Part shown: positions 28,434-42,000 of the stretch, piece by piece
Position numbering within the stretch: position 1 is the stretch's first letter
How the letters are laid out: each line of letters opens with the position of its first letter
Virus record (IMG/VR): IMGVR_UViG_3300029705_000039
DNA length: 64,000 bases
From: a virus
Taxonomy: Duplodnaviria > Caudoviricetes
Direction: 5' to 3' (one strand)
Made by a program: the position numbers and the translations under genes
Notes under the pieces: model-generated
Seen by the model: only the letters and a program-made list of their open reading frames with translations
Database searches by the model: none
What the model was told of the DNA's origin: nothing

Positions 28434-28775
28434 ATGGACGATAAAATGCTAAAAGATATGGAAAAAGTTAAAGTCACCGCCGCGGCGCAAGATTTATGGG
28501 AGCCCGCAAAACCTGGCGAGACTTTAGATAATATTTGGATACCTAATCGTCGCGAACGCAGAAAGATGTTAAAAGCTAAAGGCAAAAAACGTCATATGCG
28601 CGTTATGGGTAAAATCCTGCAAGAAGCGGAAAATTGCGCAAAAGGTAGCCCTGAATTTAAAAAAGAAATCTACAAGGCCCTTTATGATAATCTTAAAAAA
28701 ATGACTGAAAATATTGAAGAAGAACTAAAAGAAAAGAACGAAAAGGAGAACACTGAAAATGTTGGAACTGATTAA
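28434..28775 (+). CDS. Hypothetical protein
   Basis: RBS GGAGG; basic PNRRERRK motif. Confidence 0.65.
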   Translation: MDDKMLKDMEKVKVTAAAQDLWEPAKPGETLDNIWIPNRRERRKMLKAKGKKRHMRVMGKILQEAENCAKGSPEFKKEIYKALYDNLKKMTENIEEELKEKNEKENTENVGTD

Positions 28776-28959
28776 GGAAACTAAGGTATGGCGCGTAAGC
28801 TCTGAAGATGCGGCTGTTGATATGATTAATGAAGAGAAAGAAAAGGCCGCAGGCTATACTATCACTAAAGCCGCTTATGTAATTAAGATTAAGAAATCTA
28901 AGGGAGAAATTGTAGATTCTTGGTGTATTGTAACGATTGAATATTCTTATGAGGTGTAA
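28759..28959 (+). CDS. Small hypothetical protein
   Basis: RBS AAGGAG; 66 aa, in operon. Confidence 0.65.
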   Translation: MLELIKETKVWRVSSEDAAVDMINEEKEKAAGYTITKAAYVIKIKKSKGEIVDSWCIVTIEYSYEV

Positions 28960-28963
28960 ATAA

Positions 28964-29758
28964 ATGCCCACTAATGATTGGACTGAATTATTTGATAGTT
29001 TTCAAGAACTATTTGCTATGACAGACGAAGATTTAGAACGAGTAAAACCTATTATTCTACGCGAAATTTCTGAAAATATTAGCGGCCCTAATTCTCTTGT
29101 CAGTATTGAGAATTATATTAAGGAATGCGATTTAATGGGATATGATATTAATCGATATAATGAAGATATCGAAAATAGTCGTATCTTAATCTATAATACT
29201 ATGATGGAACTAAAAGAGAAATATGCCGATTCCGAAATGAAGGCAGAATTAATTGATAATATCTATAGCCTTATGGAATCTTATTTAGCCTTAGTTGCTC
29301 TTAAAGTAGCCAATCGTGAAAGCGCGAATATTGGTATTGAATTGATTCATCCTGCTGCTAAGATTCCTACTTACGCCCATGATGGCGACCAGGGTGCTGA
29401 TATTTATGTTCCTGAGGATAACATTATCCCTGCCAATGCACGCGGCCATATGGTTCATACTGGCATCAAACTCTTAATCCCTCGCGGCTGGGCAATTTCT
29501 ATTCGACCTCGTAGTGGTATGAGTAAGAATACCCCCTTGCGCATTTCCAATTCTCCTGCGACTATCGACCAGCAGTATCGCGGAGAAGTTAATATTCTTT
29601 TTGATAATTTGAGTGATGAACCTTATGAAATTAAGGCTGGCGAACGAATTGCTCAATTTATCTTAGAAAAGAATTATAAGGCAGATTATAGTCAGGTTGA
29701 TACTGTTGAGCCTGATACCGACCGCGGCGAAGGCGGCTTTGGAAGTTCTGGCAACTAA
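28964..29758 (+). CDS. dut: Trimeric dUTPase with ~120-aa N-terminal extension
   Basis: GAD, RPRSG, TIDQQYRGE, GERIAQ, RGEGGFGSSG. Confidence 0.9.
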   Translation: MPTNDWTELFDSFQELFAMTDEDLERVKPIILREISENISGPNSLVSIENYIKECDLMGYDINRYNEDIENSRILIYNTMMELKEKYADSEMKAELIDNIYSLMESYLALVALKVANRESANIGIELIHPAAKIPTYAHDGDQGADIYVPEDNIIPANARGHMVHTGIKLLIPRGWAISIRPRSGMSKNTPLRISNSPATIDQQYRGEVNILFDNLSDEPYEIKAGERIAQFILEKNYKADYSQVDTVEPDTDRGEGGFGSSGN

Positions 29759-30498
29759 TGGCAATTAATATTTTCACGGTTTAGTCAGACCTTGAAAATG
29801 CTGGTTGGTAGTTATTATCTACTACATATAAAAATTTAAAAACTCCTCTTGAAATGGTATGTCCTAAAGGGCATATCATTCAAGAGACTTATGAAGTTTG
29901 GCGTAAAAAACACGAATGCTCTGAATGCGCAAAGTTGGCGGCCAAGGCATCAAAAAGAAATAAATTACCATAGAAAAATAATAATGTTTATCGTATTTTA
30001 GCCCTGGACGCCGCCACCGGTACAACAGGCTATTCAATTTATGACGATAAACAATTAGTTGCTTATGGAACATTTACTACACAATATAGTGATGATTCTA
30101 CTGATAAAATTAATTAGGTAAAAAAATGGGTAGATGAAGTTTGCCAAGTTTGTGCGCCAGATGCTATTGGTATTGAAAATATTTAGTATCAAAAAGAACA
30201 CGGTGTAAAAACATTTTAGACACTTGCCAATTTATAGGGCGTCCTATTAGATTTCTGTTTTGAAAATCGCGATAAATATAAATATGGCTTGGCCGCGTCT
30301 TCTACTTGGCGCTCATATCTAGGAATTAATCACGGCGATTAGCGCGAAAGTGCAAAGAAGTAGGCATAGTCCTATGTAAAACTTATGTTTGGAATTGATG
30401 CCACACAAGATGAAGCGGATGCTATTTGTTTAGGTAAATATTTTACAAGTAAATTTATAGAAAAGCGAAAAATCGCTTGGGGAGAAGATATTTTATGA
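29758..30498 (+). CDS. ruvC: RuvC-like Holliday junction resolvase with N-terminal zinc ribbon, TAG-recoded (10 TAG)
   Basis: CPKGH..CSEC; RILALDAATGTTGY, IGIENI*YQ, LANL*GV, STWRS, DEADAICLG; stop/start overlaps at both ends. Confidence 0.88.
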
Positions 30499-30875
30499 TT
30501 ACTCTAACTGTTAAAGATTTATTGAATATGAAAGATGTCCTTCAGGTTATGGCAAATACTCCTATGGCCGCGAAAGATAGTTTAAATATGTATCGTATGC
30601 TTAAGGTATTTGATAAAGAATATGAAGGCATTAGTGAAACTCAAGCTAATCTACTAAAGAAATATGTTGCCAAAGAGGGTGAAGAATACCTTACCGATAA
30701 GAATGGTAATTATGTAATTACTGCGGATAAGATGGAAGATTATAATAAGGAAGCAATTGAATTTTTAAATACTACTATTGAATTTAATATTAATCCTTTG
30801 TCTTGGAATGCGGTAGAAAGTATGAAACTAACTCCTAATCAGATTTCTACTTTAGAAAAGATTATGGAAGAGTAA
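30495..30875 (+). CDS. Hypothetical protein
   Basis: RBS GGAG, ATGA overlap with ruvC. Confidence 0.65.
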   Translation: MITLTVKDLLNMKDVLQVMANTPMAAKDSLNMYRMLKVFDKEYEGISETQANLLKKYVAKEGEEYLTDKNGNYVITADKMEDYNKEAIEFLNTTIEFNINPLSWNAVESMKLTPNQISTLEKIMEE

Positions 30876-30888
30876 GATAGGTAAAAAG

Positions 30889-30919
30889 AAAAAGAGGGCG
30901 AAAGCCCTCTTTTATTTTT
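30889..30919. terminator. Bidirectional terminator between the convergent arms
   Basis: AAAAAGAGGGC-GAAA-GCCCTCTTTT with A- and T-runs on both sides. Confidence 0.85.
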
Positions 30920-33900
30920 ATAGATAAACATACATAACATAAGCGTTCGACCACGTATGGTCCTCACCTTCATTCAAACCTTCCAAATTTACTGTCATTT
31001 TTATAATAGAGCCCGCGGGAATATTATGAACATAATTGCCGGAACTCTGATTATGAATCTAAAATTCAATACCTAATTGTGTTGAATTTACCAAATTAGT
31101 AATTGTTGTTTTATCTGTTGAAGTGAAGGTAAAAGAATATTCTCTAGTACCGCCAGAGGTAGCCAATGTTATACCGCCATTTAAAGAACTAGAAAATAAT
31201 TTTATGTATTTACCAGTAGACTCTTGCCACCATCCAATAGCGCATCTAAGTCTACGTGGATCATAGCCAGACGAGGAGCAATTAATGGGGACTTTAACCG
31301 TTACAGACATACTAGTCGCGCCAGCATCGGAAGCATTCACTTTATTATTATATAATGTATAACCACAATGACGGTTCTCTGCTGCGCCTCCATCAGTAAA
31401 AAGATAATACTCACTCGTAGTGCTTTTCGACGTAAAAGTTTTCTTGGCTTCAGTACCAGTATTTTGATAAATTTTTGTGCTAGAACCAGAAGGACAAATC
31501 CATATATTCCCTAGTTCAGCAGGAGGTTCGTCTGGGCCAACATAAATTTTTTTCTATAACATTAACTCTTCGCCATTTAATAACAAAGATAAAGCATTAA
31601 TATTGGCATTTTCTATTGTAACAGTACCAGATTCGGGAGTAATCTCAATATCTTCAGCCTAAGTAGATAATTGAGTATTATCCTATATGGTAAAAAGCGG
31701 AGAAACTAAATTTAAACTATTAGCTATAATACGAACATCAGGAGCCTATTCATAATCAGAAGGTTCAAACGTTAATTTTTCATCCTCATCAGTTTCACCA
31801 ATATAATTGCCTGTGACTCTGAAAATCTCACCAGCTTTAAAATCCGCTTTCGTACCTTTTGTAAAAATGCCCTCCTAACTAATAGACAAAGATGTTAATA
31901 TTATATCATTATTGTATTGATTTAATTCTATCGCTAACTGCGAACTCTCGTCTTGGCCTAAAAGAATTACAGAGTGGTATCCGGAATCTTCTCCTGTTTT
32001 TAATAAAATTCCATCAGAAAGTGTAATCTAACTTCCGGAAGATACAAGCGTAATTCGTCCACCCTATAAATCAATACCATCCTGATTTAAAATAATATGA
32101 TTGCTTTGCTCGTCCGTGATGATATGCTCCAGACGAATTTCTCCACCATTTAAAGAAATATTGCCGCCAGATAATGAAATGGAAGCCTAGCTTAATATTT
32201 GAATACCATCATTACTCAATATCATATTATTGGTAGCATTTTCCTCAGTGCCGGTCTTTAGCTCAATCTTACTATTACCGTATACTTTTATATTATTTCC
32301 AGTTAATAGTAAACCTTTTCCTCCAAAACTCAGCCCATTTGCGGTTAATGAGGTATCTTCATTTTTAAGCTCTTCATTCGCGGCCTACACGACTTCAATT
32401 TTGTTATCTATTATTTTTAGATTTCCAATCTGACCATATTCTGCATAAATGCCGCCACGCAGGTGAACGTTTTCACCATATAAACCATATCCTTTAGGAT
32501 TGAGACCTTCAGGAAGATTGGGTAAATCTTTTAACCCATCCAAATTACCAATTCTTACTTTCGGCAGATTATCATTTATACCTTCTGCGTTAGCGCCATA
32601 AAAATCAATATAAGGAGCTTTATCAGCAATCGCGGTAAATAGAATACCTTCTTTGGAAACATCATTACCATTTTGAGTTCCTAAATAAATTAAATTCCAC
32701 TGACCAGAGGGAATAAGTTCTTTGCCAATAACCTCACTCACCGCAATTTGAGTATTATTCTTATCATAGAATAAATTCTATTCTGCACCGCTGATATTAA
32801 TCATACCGGTTAATATAGTATCATTATCCGTATTAGAAATGCGCATATGATAATTACGAATAGAATATAACAATCCGTCATCCGTTCCTACTGTCGCGGT
32901 TAAGCCAATGATATCATTTTCTACCCATTCGCGGCCATAGTGCTTTTTGCCCTCTTCAATAAGTTTAACACCTTTTAATTTAATCGTAAAAGGTATACCA
33001 GTCTATAAGGTAATTTCCGCATTTTGCGAAATGTTTGAGTCAATAATCGCGGTAGGTGCCAAATACATTTCGCCGCCGACGGCGCTGGTTTCTTTATATT
33101 CAAATACAGAGGCCGCGATTGTGCCACGAACGTGAACATTATTAAAAACCGCATTACCATCCTAATTAATCTGCCATCCTTGGCCAATAACAGTATCACC
33201 GCTATAGTTCATACTAGAGATGGTGCCAGTCATAAAAATACTACCGCTATCTTTATCTAACTATAAAGTAGTCTAGCCAGTCTTATCTCTTAAAGTCAAA
33301 CCATCCCAATTAAGAGAAACAAGCGCGGCCTTACCTTGTTCAAGAGCAGGGAAATCTTTAACTATTTCGGCGTTTTGTTCTTCATAATTGGCAAAAGTTT
33401 CATTTAAATTTTCGTCAATACATTGTAATCCATATTGTGAAAATTTTACATAATTCTTTCGTTGTGCTTTACCATCAGCATCATACTTATACGCCAAAAT
33501 ACCTTCGCTGTTCCATTGGAAAGCCATCTCATCGCCCGCGAAAATACGAATTAAGTTAGTATCTATTTGGCCCGCGGTAATTAATTTAGCATTTAATCCA
33601 TTAGGAGTTAGACCTGTGCTCCAAATTCTGCGGCCATTCGAGTCTAAAGAATTAGATAAGAAAATGCCGCCGCCCTGGAGAACTACTTGTCCATATGCGC
33701 CATTGGCATAGGGTTTAGTATTGGTTAAAATAATGCCTTCAGTAGGACTAATCTCGACTCCAGTAAGCGAATAATCTAAAAATAAATTATTATTATTAAT
33801 AGACTGCTATAAGACGTCTCCACTTATTGTTCCAGTCGCCTCAAACTTACCAGCCGCAATATTGTAATTGCGCTCATTCTACTTCATTGCCTCACTGCTG

Positions 33901-36900
33901 GCGGTAATAACACTAAACAAATCCTCAAATTTAGTCTTATAGTTCTATACTACCATCTCGTCATTTTGAGGACTACTTAAATCATAAGTAATCTCATTTA
34001 AATAACCGGAAGCCGCGTGCACGCCTAATAGCGGGTCATTAATGTAAGCCATTTGACCTACACGAACGTAGTTCATTTTGTCTGGCACGGCAGACATGGA
34101 GAGTTCATAGGAGTATTTGGGGAAAGCGTTATCTACAGAAACATTCTTAGCGTCCAAATACAACAACTCATTCGCACGAGAGGTTTGATAATTAATATGG
34201 TATTTGTAATCACTTATCTGATTGAAGAAATTTTTACTATTAATTTTGAAGGTAATATGTGGGTCATCATCCCGCATTAAGACGGTATAATCATAATACT
34301 TGGTTAATGGTTCGATATCTATTTCTTCTAATTCATTACCTTCTTCATCCTTCCCAAATTCCGCCATAGTATGAGGATAGATTTTGAGCGCATCCGAGCC
34401 AGATAGAACGTTCTCTTCTCTTAGAACGATACGAGGATAACAGATAGGAAATTTCTCATTATTAAGAGTAAATTTCTCACTGTCAGAATGCTCAAAAGGA
34501 TAATCACCCGCGTCATCCTCAAAGCAATAAGTAATAATATTCGCAGAAGGGACTTCTAAATCAAAATAAGTTCCTTGGTTTTTGTCATCATTAAATAAAA
34601 TTACTGGAATAGCTTTATATGAAATAGAATTACCAGATTGCACTTTCTTCTTCAAATAAGCGAAAATATAGCCCGCATTAAGATGTAAAATCTTATCTCC
34701 AAAATAGGAGGAGCCGCCAGATAACAGTTTAGTAATGTCTGCTATTTGGTCGTAGTTCTAATCCGTATTACTTATAACTGTTGCGTCGAGGCTATGTACG
34801 GTTTGCTTGTCTGTTTTTACAGTAATATAAAAGCCGTTTTCTTCGGTATCGTCAGGATAGAGACAAATTTTATCGTTTTCAACTACAGGCGAGGCTAGAG
34901 TGACGGTGAAATAATAAGTCTTACCATTGTAAGTAAACTTTAGTTTATTACCAACATCAAAGCGCTCTACCCACGTTTCTGCGATTGTTGCTTCATATAC
35001 ATTTTTCTTTACACGAAGATTCAGCTTACTAATATCACGTTCATCCGCAATCCATTTCTAGACTGTTCCTGTATCGGACATATTTAAGGGTAAATACGGG
35101 AAGTATTTCTTTTCTATCTATCCGACGTCTTCGGTTATTTCGTAATATTCTTTATCTTCATAATCAAATAGCTCTGTATCAAAGAAGAAGCCGCTTTCGG
35201 CGGGAACATCAAATTGATTAAGCGCGCCTTTCATTGTATAATCTACACTATAATCTTGCCGCGGGTCTTGATACTCATCGGGAGTCCAATATCCTTCGCG
35301 AAGAAGCGGGCCAAGAATACGTTCAAGTTCGTTATTTAGTTTATCTTTTTTATCTAAATATTCTCTTTGCTTAGCTTCTAGTTCTTCGAGTTCTTTTTGA
35401 GTTTGTTCTTGTTTCGCAATATATTCTTCTTCTAATAGAGTATATTGTTCCTCGGTTAGCTTCAAACTAGCGCAAATACTATCATACTTTAAAACAGGAT
35501 AATAACTTAAAGTAGCGTATAAACTATTTTTATTGCTTTCTACGTGTTCATTCGCGGGATGGCAATATAAACACAAAACCTATCCATACTGGTCCTTATA
35601 GGCATAAAAACGATTTTTATTTGCTTCCGGGATATTAGGAACCTTTTTTGTAACAATAATAGGACGATCTTCAACATTAATTAAGTTATCTTCCTTGTCC
35701 TCACAATCACGAGTATAGTATAACTTAATAGAACTACTATCCACTCCATCAAAGTGTAATGCGCCTTTAAGAACCGAACCTTCATCTACAAAGATAATAC
35801 TTACCGGATTAACTTTTGTTCTATCAACCTAACGTTCAATGAACTCGTTATTACGTAAAGCGTCATAGTCATTATATTCCTATTGAGCAGATTGTTTTTG
35901 CTTATCTGCCAACGCAGCCTAGGCTTTATACTCATTTAGTAATACAGTTTTTGTATTAATACTAGGCGCCAATTCTTTTAGCGCTAAATTAAGTCTACGA
36001 ATTTCTGTTTTATACTTTTCAATGAATTGTTTCTGGTATGCGCTAATAGCATTAATAGAATCAAAATAATCAAAATTAAGAATAAACTCATCCATTAAAG
36101 GATTTGCTTTGGTATCCGCAATCGTAATATAGCCATTCTCCATAGCATCAGACTGAGAAGGAGTAACATACATCTTGGTATAAATCTCAGTGCTGTCACT
36201 GGTGCGGGAAATATTTTGTAAGTTAGTCTAATAGTCAACTACAAAGGGATTTTCCTGTTTTATAGCGTAATTATAAAAAACAACCTTGCGGCCGGTCCAT
36301 ACTTTATCATTGACTTCATTACCATTTTCGTCAATTTTTGTATCATAATATTCGCGCACAAAACGACCATTCTAATCGCACTTATATTCGTAATGGCAGA
36401 ATACTTCAAAGGCTTCCGCGATGGACTAAGTAATATTATATTTATTACTCTAATAACAATCGATAGTTCGCTATTTTTCTTCGCCCAACTTAAATCCCGC
36501 TGGCACTAAAGTCTTGCCAGTCTCATCTTCTTCCCAGGCGCTTACATATGAGTCTTCGTAGATTTTATCGGCGGCCCGCGTTTTATCGGCGTGGAAACTC
36601 CAATCCATACGGATTTCATAACACCAAGGAGTTAGCCATTTTGTTATTTTACCATTGCTGTCTTTTTCATTGGGGAAAACTTTATCAAGCCAATAGTTAA
36701 TATTATTGCGGATAGTTTGGTCTTTTTCGTATTCTAACTCTAAAATTTCTTTTGTTAATTCTAATTTATAGCCATGTTTGCCAAGTTCCGCAAACGCCAG
36801 CCCAGAACCCGTTACTTCTTTTATAGTGGTATAATGCTCGTCTCTTTTATCTACAATTTTGTCTATAATAAATGGAAACACCTTTAACTCATAATCTTGC

Positions 36901-37220
36901 GGCTTAGTGGAGCCTTCTTTTTGGAATAACACAAAAGCTTTTAATACTCTTGTATTCTCCGCCAATATCCCTGTGGCGATATTATTTTGCCAACGAGGAT
37001 TGATTTCACGAGCATTGGTTTTAGGATTAGTAATATATTTAGGTATAGAGAATGTAATGCTCTATGTACCATCACTATTAATCGTAATCCGCGGCTCATT
37101 TAATTGTCCTATAAAATTATCATTATAGGACTGTAGGGTGCCTATAAAGTCATCCTACAGTCCATACACTTCAATCTTATAAGGACGTAATTCATATTCT
37201 GTAAACGTCCTTGTACTCAA
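30918..37220 (-). CDS. Large tail protein (Tal/baseplate-hub plus fibre-like, ~2100 aa), TAG-recoded
   Basis: RBS GGAGG, TTG start. Seven track fragments (31059-36965) share one frame and all end in TAG; motifs LITAGQIDTNLIRI, WQIN*DGNAVFNNVHVRGTI, IYVGPDEP; downstream of Dit. Confidence 0.8.
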
Positions 37221-37238
37221 GATAATTCCTCCATTATA

Positions 37239-39002
37239 TCATAGATATGTATAATCATATTCTAACTTCACTAAAGGAAAGCTTTCAATTGATGCGTTCT
37301 TTACAAACTATAAAGCGTGACAGGAAATAATTTGACCATTTTCATCAATTGAATCTCCTCCTTCTAAATTAAAGTAGGGAGTGAGTATCATATCTCCACA
37401 AAATTCTTTCCCCGAATAGCTAATTATTTCAAAGGCGTCATTAATAGCATTATATTGAAAATCAATTGTAGTCTGAGACTCTTTACCATCTAATTTAATG
37501 GTAATAGGGTAAAACGCGGCCCAAGTGCCATCGGGCTACGTTATATCATATACATATTCATTGTCGCTCTCGCGCCGCGCATTTTCGCAAAGCATTAAGA
37601 GCATCATAACATTGAAGTAAGCCAGCCAATTTCCAGTATAGGTTTTAGATTCATATCCTAACATAGAAATATCCAATGTGGCAGTATTATCTAATAGCTT
37701 ATCGTTCTTATCACAGAATGTCTCATTCTTACGAATTAATGCCAAGCACGACAACGCCCAACGACTCACCTTTTCGTGAACTACTTCCTCTCTAATAGAA
37801 TTTTCCAAATCCACGGCCGCATAATTACCGCTCTTATGGAAATTATATGCCATTTGAATTACACGGTGAATAGAATGTATTAAATTGGGAGTAGTATAAT
37901 CAAACTTATATACAAAGTCTTCCTCAAAAGGCGCGGGAATTTTCATAACAATATCGCGCTCACCTTCGGGTTGAGAATAATCTGGGCCATATTCTCCAGT
38001 GAGGATTTTAGAACCCAATATAGAATTATACGGAACGGCCGCCATTTGTTCTTCAAGTTTTAATGAAGTATAGTTGATATCATCATTAATATTACTGAAA
38101 TAAATAGGCTTCCATTCAGAGGTAGTAGTTAAAGGGGTAAAACTTGGAGTGAATTGAATTGTAATTTTTGCGGGCGTGCGCACGGTGGAAGGATTATAGT
38201 AAATCATAGGATTATTAAGTCCCACATCACTATGGCCGCTATCAGTAACCAAACTGCTTACATCGTTATCTCTATCATAGTCTAAACATTTATCTGTTCC
38301 AAGATGACATTGCTTAATATCTACGAATTCTTGTAAGCCTAAAATCATCGTGCCTAATGTGCCATTGCCTAAAACCGCATTACGAGGGTCAACAAAAATA
38401 GTTTTATTCCAACTGGAAGAAAGCGGCACGCCATTATTATGGACGGTTTTTATAGCGTCGATACGTTCATCATAAGATAATTCTTCTAACGGCTTATCTA
38501 TATAGCTTAAAGTGCTATAGAGATAAGGGTCATCAAATTCAAAAGTTATGCTTGCTTCGCCCTTATATTCGTTAATTGGTACTTGAGTTCCTAACATATT
38601 AATATATTTACGAAACGGAACAACTTTAAACTCTACCACGTCCGAAACGCGGCAATAGCCATAACGATGGGTAAGTTTGTCCTCAATAAATTTACCATAT
38701 TGGCCAGGTTTGAAATGATACTTAAAAGCATTTACTTGCTGTTCGGTCATACCATCCGTAGCTAAAGAAAAAGTCATTTTCTTACTCTTAACTTTTGTTC
38801 CCCAAAATAACTAACCCGCGGCGCCGTTGATTTCGGTAGTTTCGTTCTCAAAATCAGGTGTGGCCGCGAAGGTATGGCGGTCGCCGTCAAAGACGGCGAC
38901 CATACCAAATTCGCTTATATGTTTTCCATTAAACTCAAAGTCAATGAATTCCTTTTCATAACACTTCTTGTTAAGTGTTAATTCTTGAACCTATATTCCC
39001 AT
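37239..39002 (-). CDS. Distal tail (Dit-like) protein with insertion, TAG-recoded
   Basis: MGI*VQEL...FEFNGKHISEFG...INGAAG*LFWG...FEFDDPYLY...YDYTYL then TGA; directly after the TMP. Confidence 0.75.
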
Positions 39003-39007
39003 TCCTT

Positions 39008-42000
39008 TTACCTCCGACTTACGCCGCGATTGGTGGTTTTAGATGCGATAGAAACCATACGGCTCATTACATCGTTAGCCAAGTCATCAACATCGTAAGA
39101 ATTATTAAGTTTTCCGACAGAAATTTGAACTGCACCGGGAGCAATAGTAATATCTCCAGTGGAGTTGTTTGTGATATTAGTGAGAGACTGCATATGACTA
39201 TTAAATGCCTCAAGAGTAGCACGAATGCCTGATAATGCACCGCCATCGCCAGCGAACTTAACTGCTTCGCTAATCATAGCAGTTTGTTTAGCATTTAGGA
39301 AAGCTTCGGGCTTGGTTTTAGAACCGTGAACAACTGCGGGACCAGTATAGTCAACAAGGCCGCCTTCAGAGTAGTAGAGAGTTTCGATGCTACGGCTCAT
39401 GATTTTTTTATATTCAGGATTTTCTGCTATTTTACCAGTCTTCTTATCTATTACAATATATCTTTGTACTTTACTAGCATCTAAATTTTTCTATGCTTCG
39501 GCTTCCTTTTTATTCGTATATAATTTTCCATTGTATCTATAACCATAGACATCGCCCTTCTTTCGAACCTTGCCACTACCAGACCCTCCACTAGAGCTTC
39601 CACTGGCCGCAGCCGCAGCATTCTCAGCTTTCTACTCCTCAGTCTTTTTAGCTAAGTGCTCCGCCAAAACTTTAGCAACTTCTTGTTTCGCTTCGGTATC
39701 ACTCATGCCATCAATAATAGAAGAAGAATATGTAGTCTTTAATAAATTATCTATATCCGCTTTACGCTAATCAGATAGAGCATTATACTCACCAGTATAG
39801 TCTCGGTTCTTATCTAAGTTCTCCAATCCCGCGCCATATTCTTTGACAATATCAGATTTAGTCATGCTCTTTGTATCGGCTACAAAGGCAGATTCCAAAT
39901 TCTTAGCGCGTTCTTCCTCAGCGAATATACCCGACATTTTTAGCCATTCGTTTAATGCGTCAACCTATTGCTCTTTGGATTTCTCCCAATAGCCATCTGT
40001 ATTACCTTGTAGGAAAGCAACAATAGAATTTTCTCCGCCGTCCATGACCTCGGCTACGCGCTACCATAGGATACCGTGTTCTTTTTGATATTCTAATGCT
40101 TCTTCCTGAATGGTAATTTGCTATTCAAGCAACTCTACCTAACGCTCATTCGCGGCCTGGATATTATCAATGGCTTCCTACTGAGTAGTAAAGTATTCAT
40201 CCTTTAATGCGTCATTTAACTGACTCTCAAGGTCCGCAATTCCACTGGCGGAGCCGCCGCTACGACGCAATAGAGCAAGTTGACGTTGAAGGGATTCACG
40301 ATTTTCGGTAGATTCGTTTTGCTTATAAAGGTCTTGTTCTTTATCTAAGGCGTCTTGAATGCCCTCTACATAAGCATCATTAGCTTCTTCGATAAGTTCT
40401 TTTTGTTTCTCTAGAGCATCAATTTCTTTCTCCCAAGCATCAACCAAGGCATCATAAATGTCTTGCTCAAGTTCCATACGGTTTTTACGGAACTCTTCAT
40501 CTACTTCATTTATTGTTTTCTGTAGGTCTTGGAGAGTTTCTTCGGTTTCATTGACGGTATCGGCAAGATCGTCGTAGTCATCAATTTGTTTTTGTAGGTC
40601 CGCAACGAACTGCTCTATAAGTTTAGTTCCTTCATACTTCTTACCATTAGCATCAGTATAAGTATAGCCTAACTTATTTAGCGCGGCTGTCTACTCTGCG
40701 GTAGACATTTCCTTAAGTTCTTGTAGATATTTAAGCGCACCTTTGCCGCCATTGGTTTCGTTGCCTTCGATATATTGTAAAGTTCCATTTTCATCAAAGG
40801 TCAAGAACTTAGACCAAATACTATTAGAAAGAATATGCTCTTTTTGGAGTTCTAATTGTTCTTTTTGATAATCTAAAAGTGTACGCTGATAATTCATTTG
40901 CTCCAATAAGAGCTTCTTTTGTTGCATTAAATTATTAGCATACTCATGGCCATCATAAACAGCAATATTTTCACGTTCAGCAAGTAAATTATTAATATCT
41001 TGCTCTACACGAGAAATCTTGCGACTTAAATTATACCATTCTTCCAAATCATCAATTTTGGCTGCTTCGTCTCCTCCGCCACCTCCACCGCCTCCAGCGT
41101 TCATAAGCTCTGCGGCGGTAAGGTTCTTCAATAAACCTTGCCATACGGATTTTGCGCGTTGTACAACAGCTAACGCCGCGGAAGCGCCGCCACCTGCGAA
41201 CGCAGGGCCGCTTACATTGCCATCAGCCATGGCAGTGCCGCGAATATTCATTTGTCCGTTTAGGATGCCTTGGGTTTGGAGATGATTGAAGATTATTGCA
41301 TCTTTAGGAAGATTAACAAATTCAGCACCATTCGCGCCCAACATATGATATTGGCCATCATATACTGCTAATTCTGGACCAAGCTCACCAACAAGAACTT
41401 TATTAGCTAATTGAGCGCCAGACATCATACGGCCGATAGAACCATCAGCAAATGCAGAACCGCTGATGTTATTTATGGTGCCAGTCCATTTACCGCCGTC
41501 TTTGGTAAATGCGGTAGACCAAATCTTAGGAATACTTCTAATTGCTCTGGCAACTGCAATCGCAGCATTTTCTACTTTATTAGCACCGTCTTCCTTAATG
41601 TCAGTCTTATGAGTATTAGGAATGGCATTGATAGCCTCAGTTGCGGCAGTCGTGGAAACCTAAAGGGTATCAAGCCCATCCAAAACTACAGAAGGTTCAC
41701 TACTAGTGGTATCGAGAACTGCCAATTCTTCCTGAACTACTTGTGTCTTACTTAATGCGTCCTCATTATCAACAGTAATAACATGGTTGGCAGTGCTGCC
41801 CTACTGAGGCGCAGAAGTTGAACCTTCTTTTTTAGGCGATGTAGGCGTTGAAGGAGAGCCGTTAAATTCTGAGTTTACTTTAATTGGAGAGCCTTCTATA
41901 TCTGTTTTTAACCCTTCATAAGCACTTAAGATGGAAGAAAATACCTCTTCACTATTAGTATCTACAAAACTAATCTTGAAGCCTTCACTCATCTACGTGT

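Noticed and set aside
16217-30498. TGA also recoded
   Set aside because: TGA serves as a true stop in ATGA overlaps (primase/recJ, dnaE/next gene, ruvC/next gene) and was not seen inside genes.
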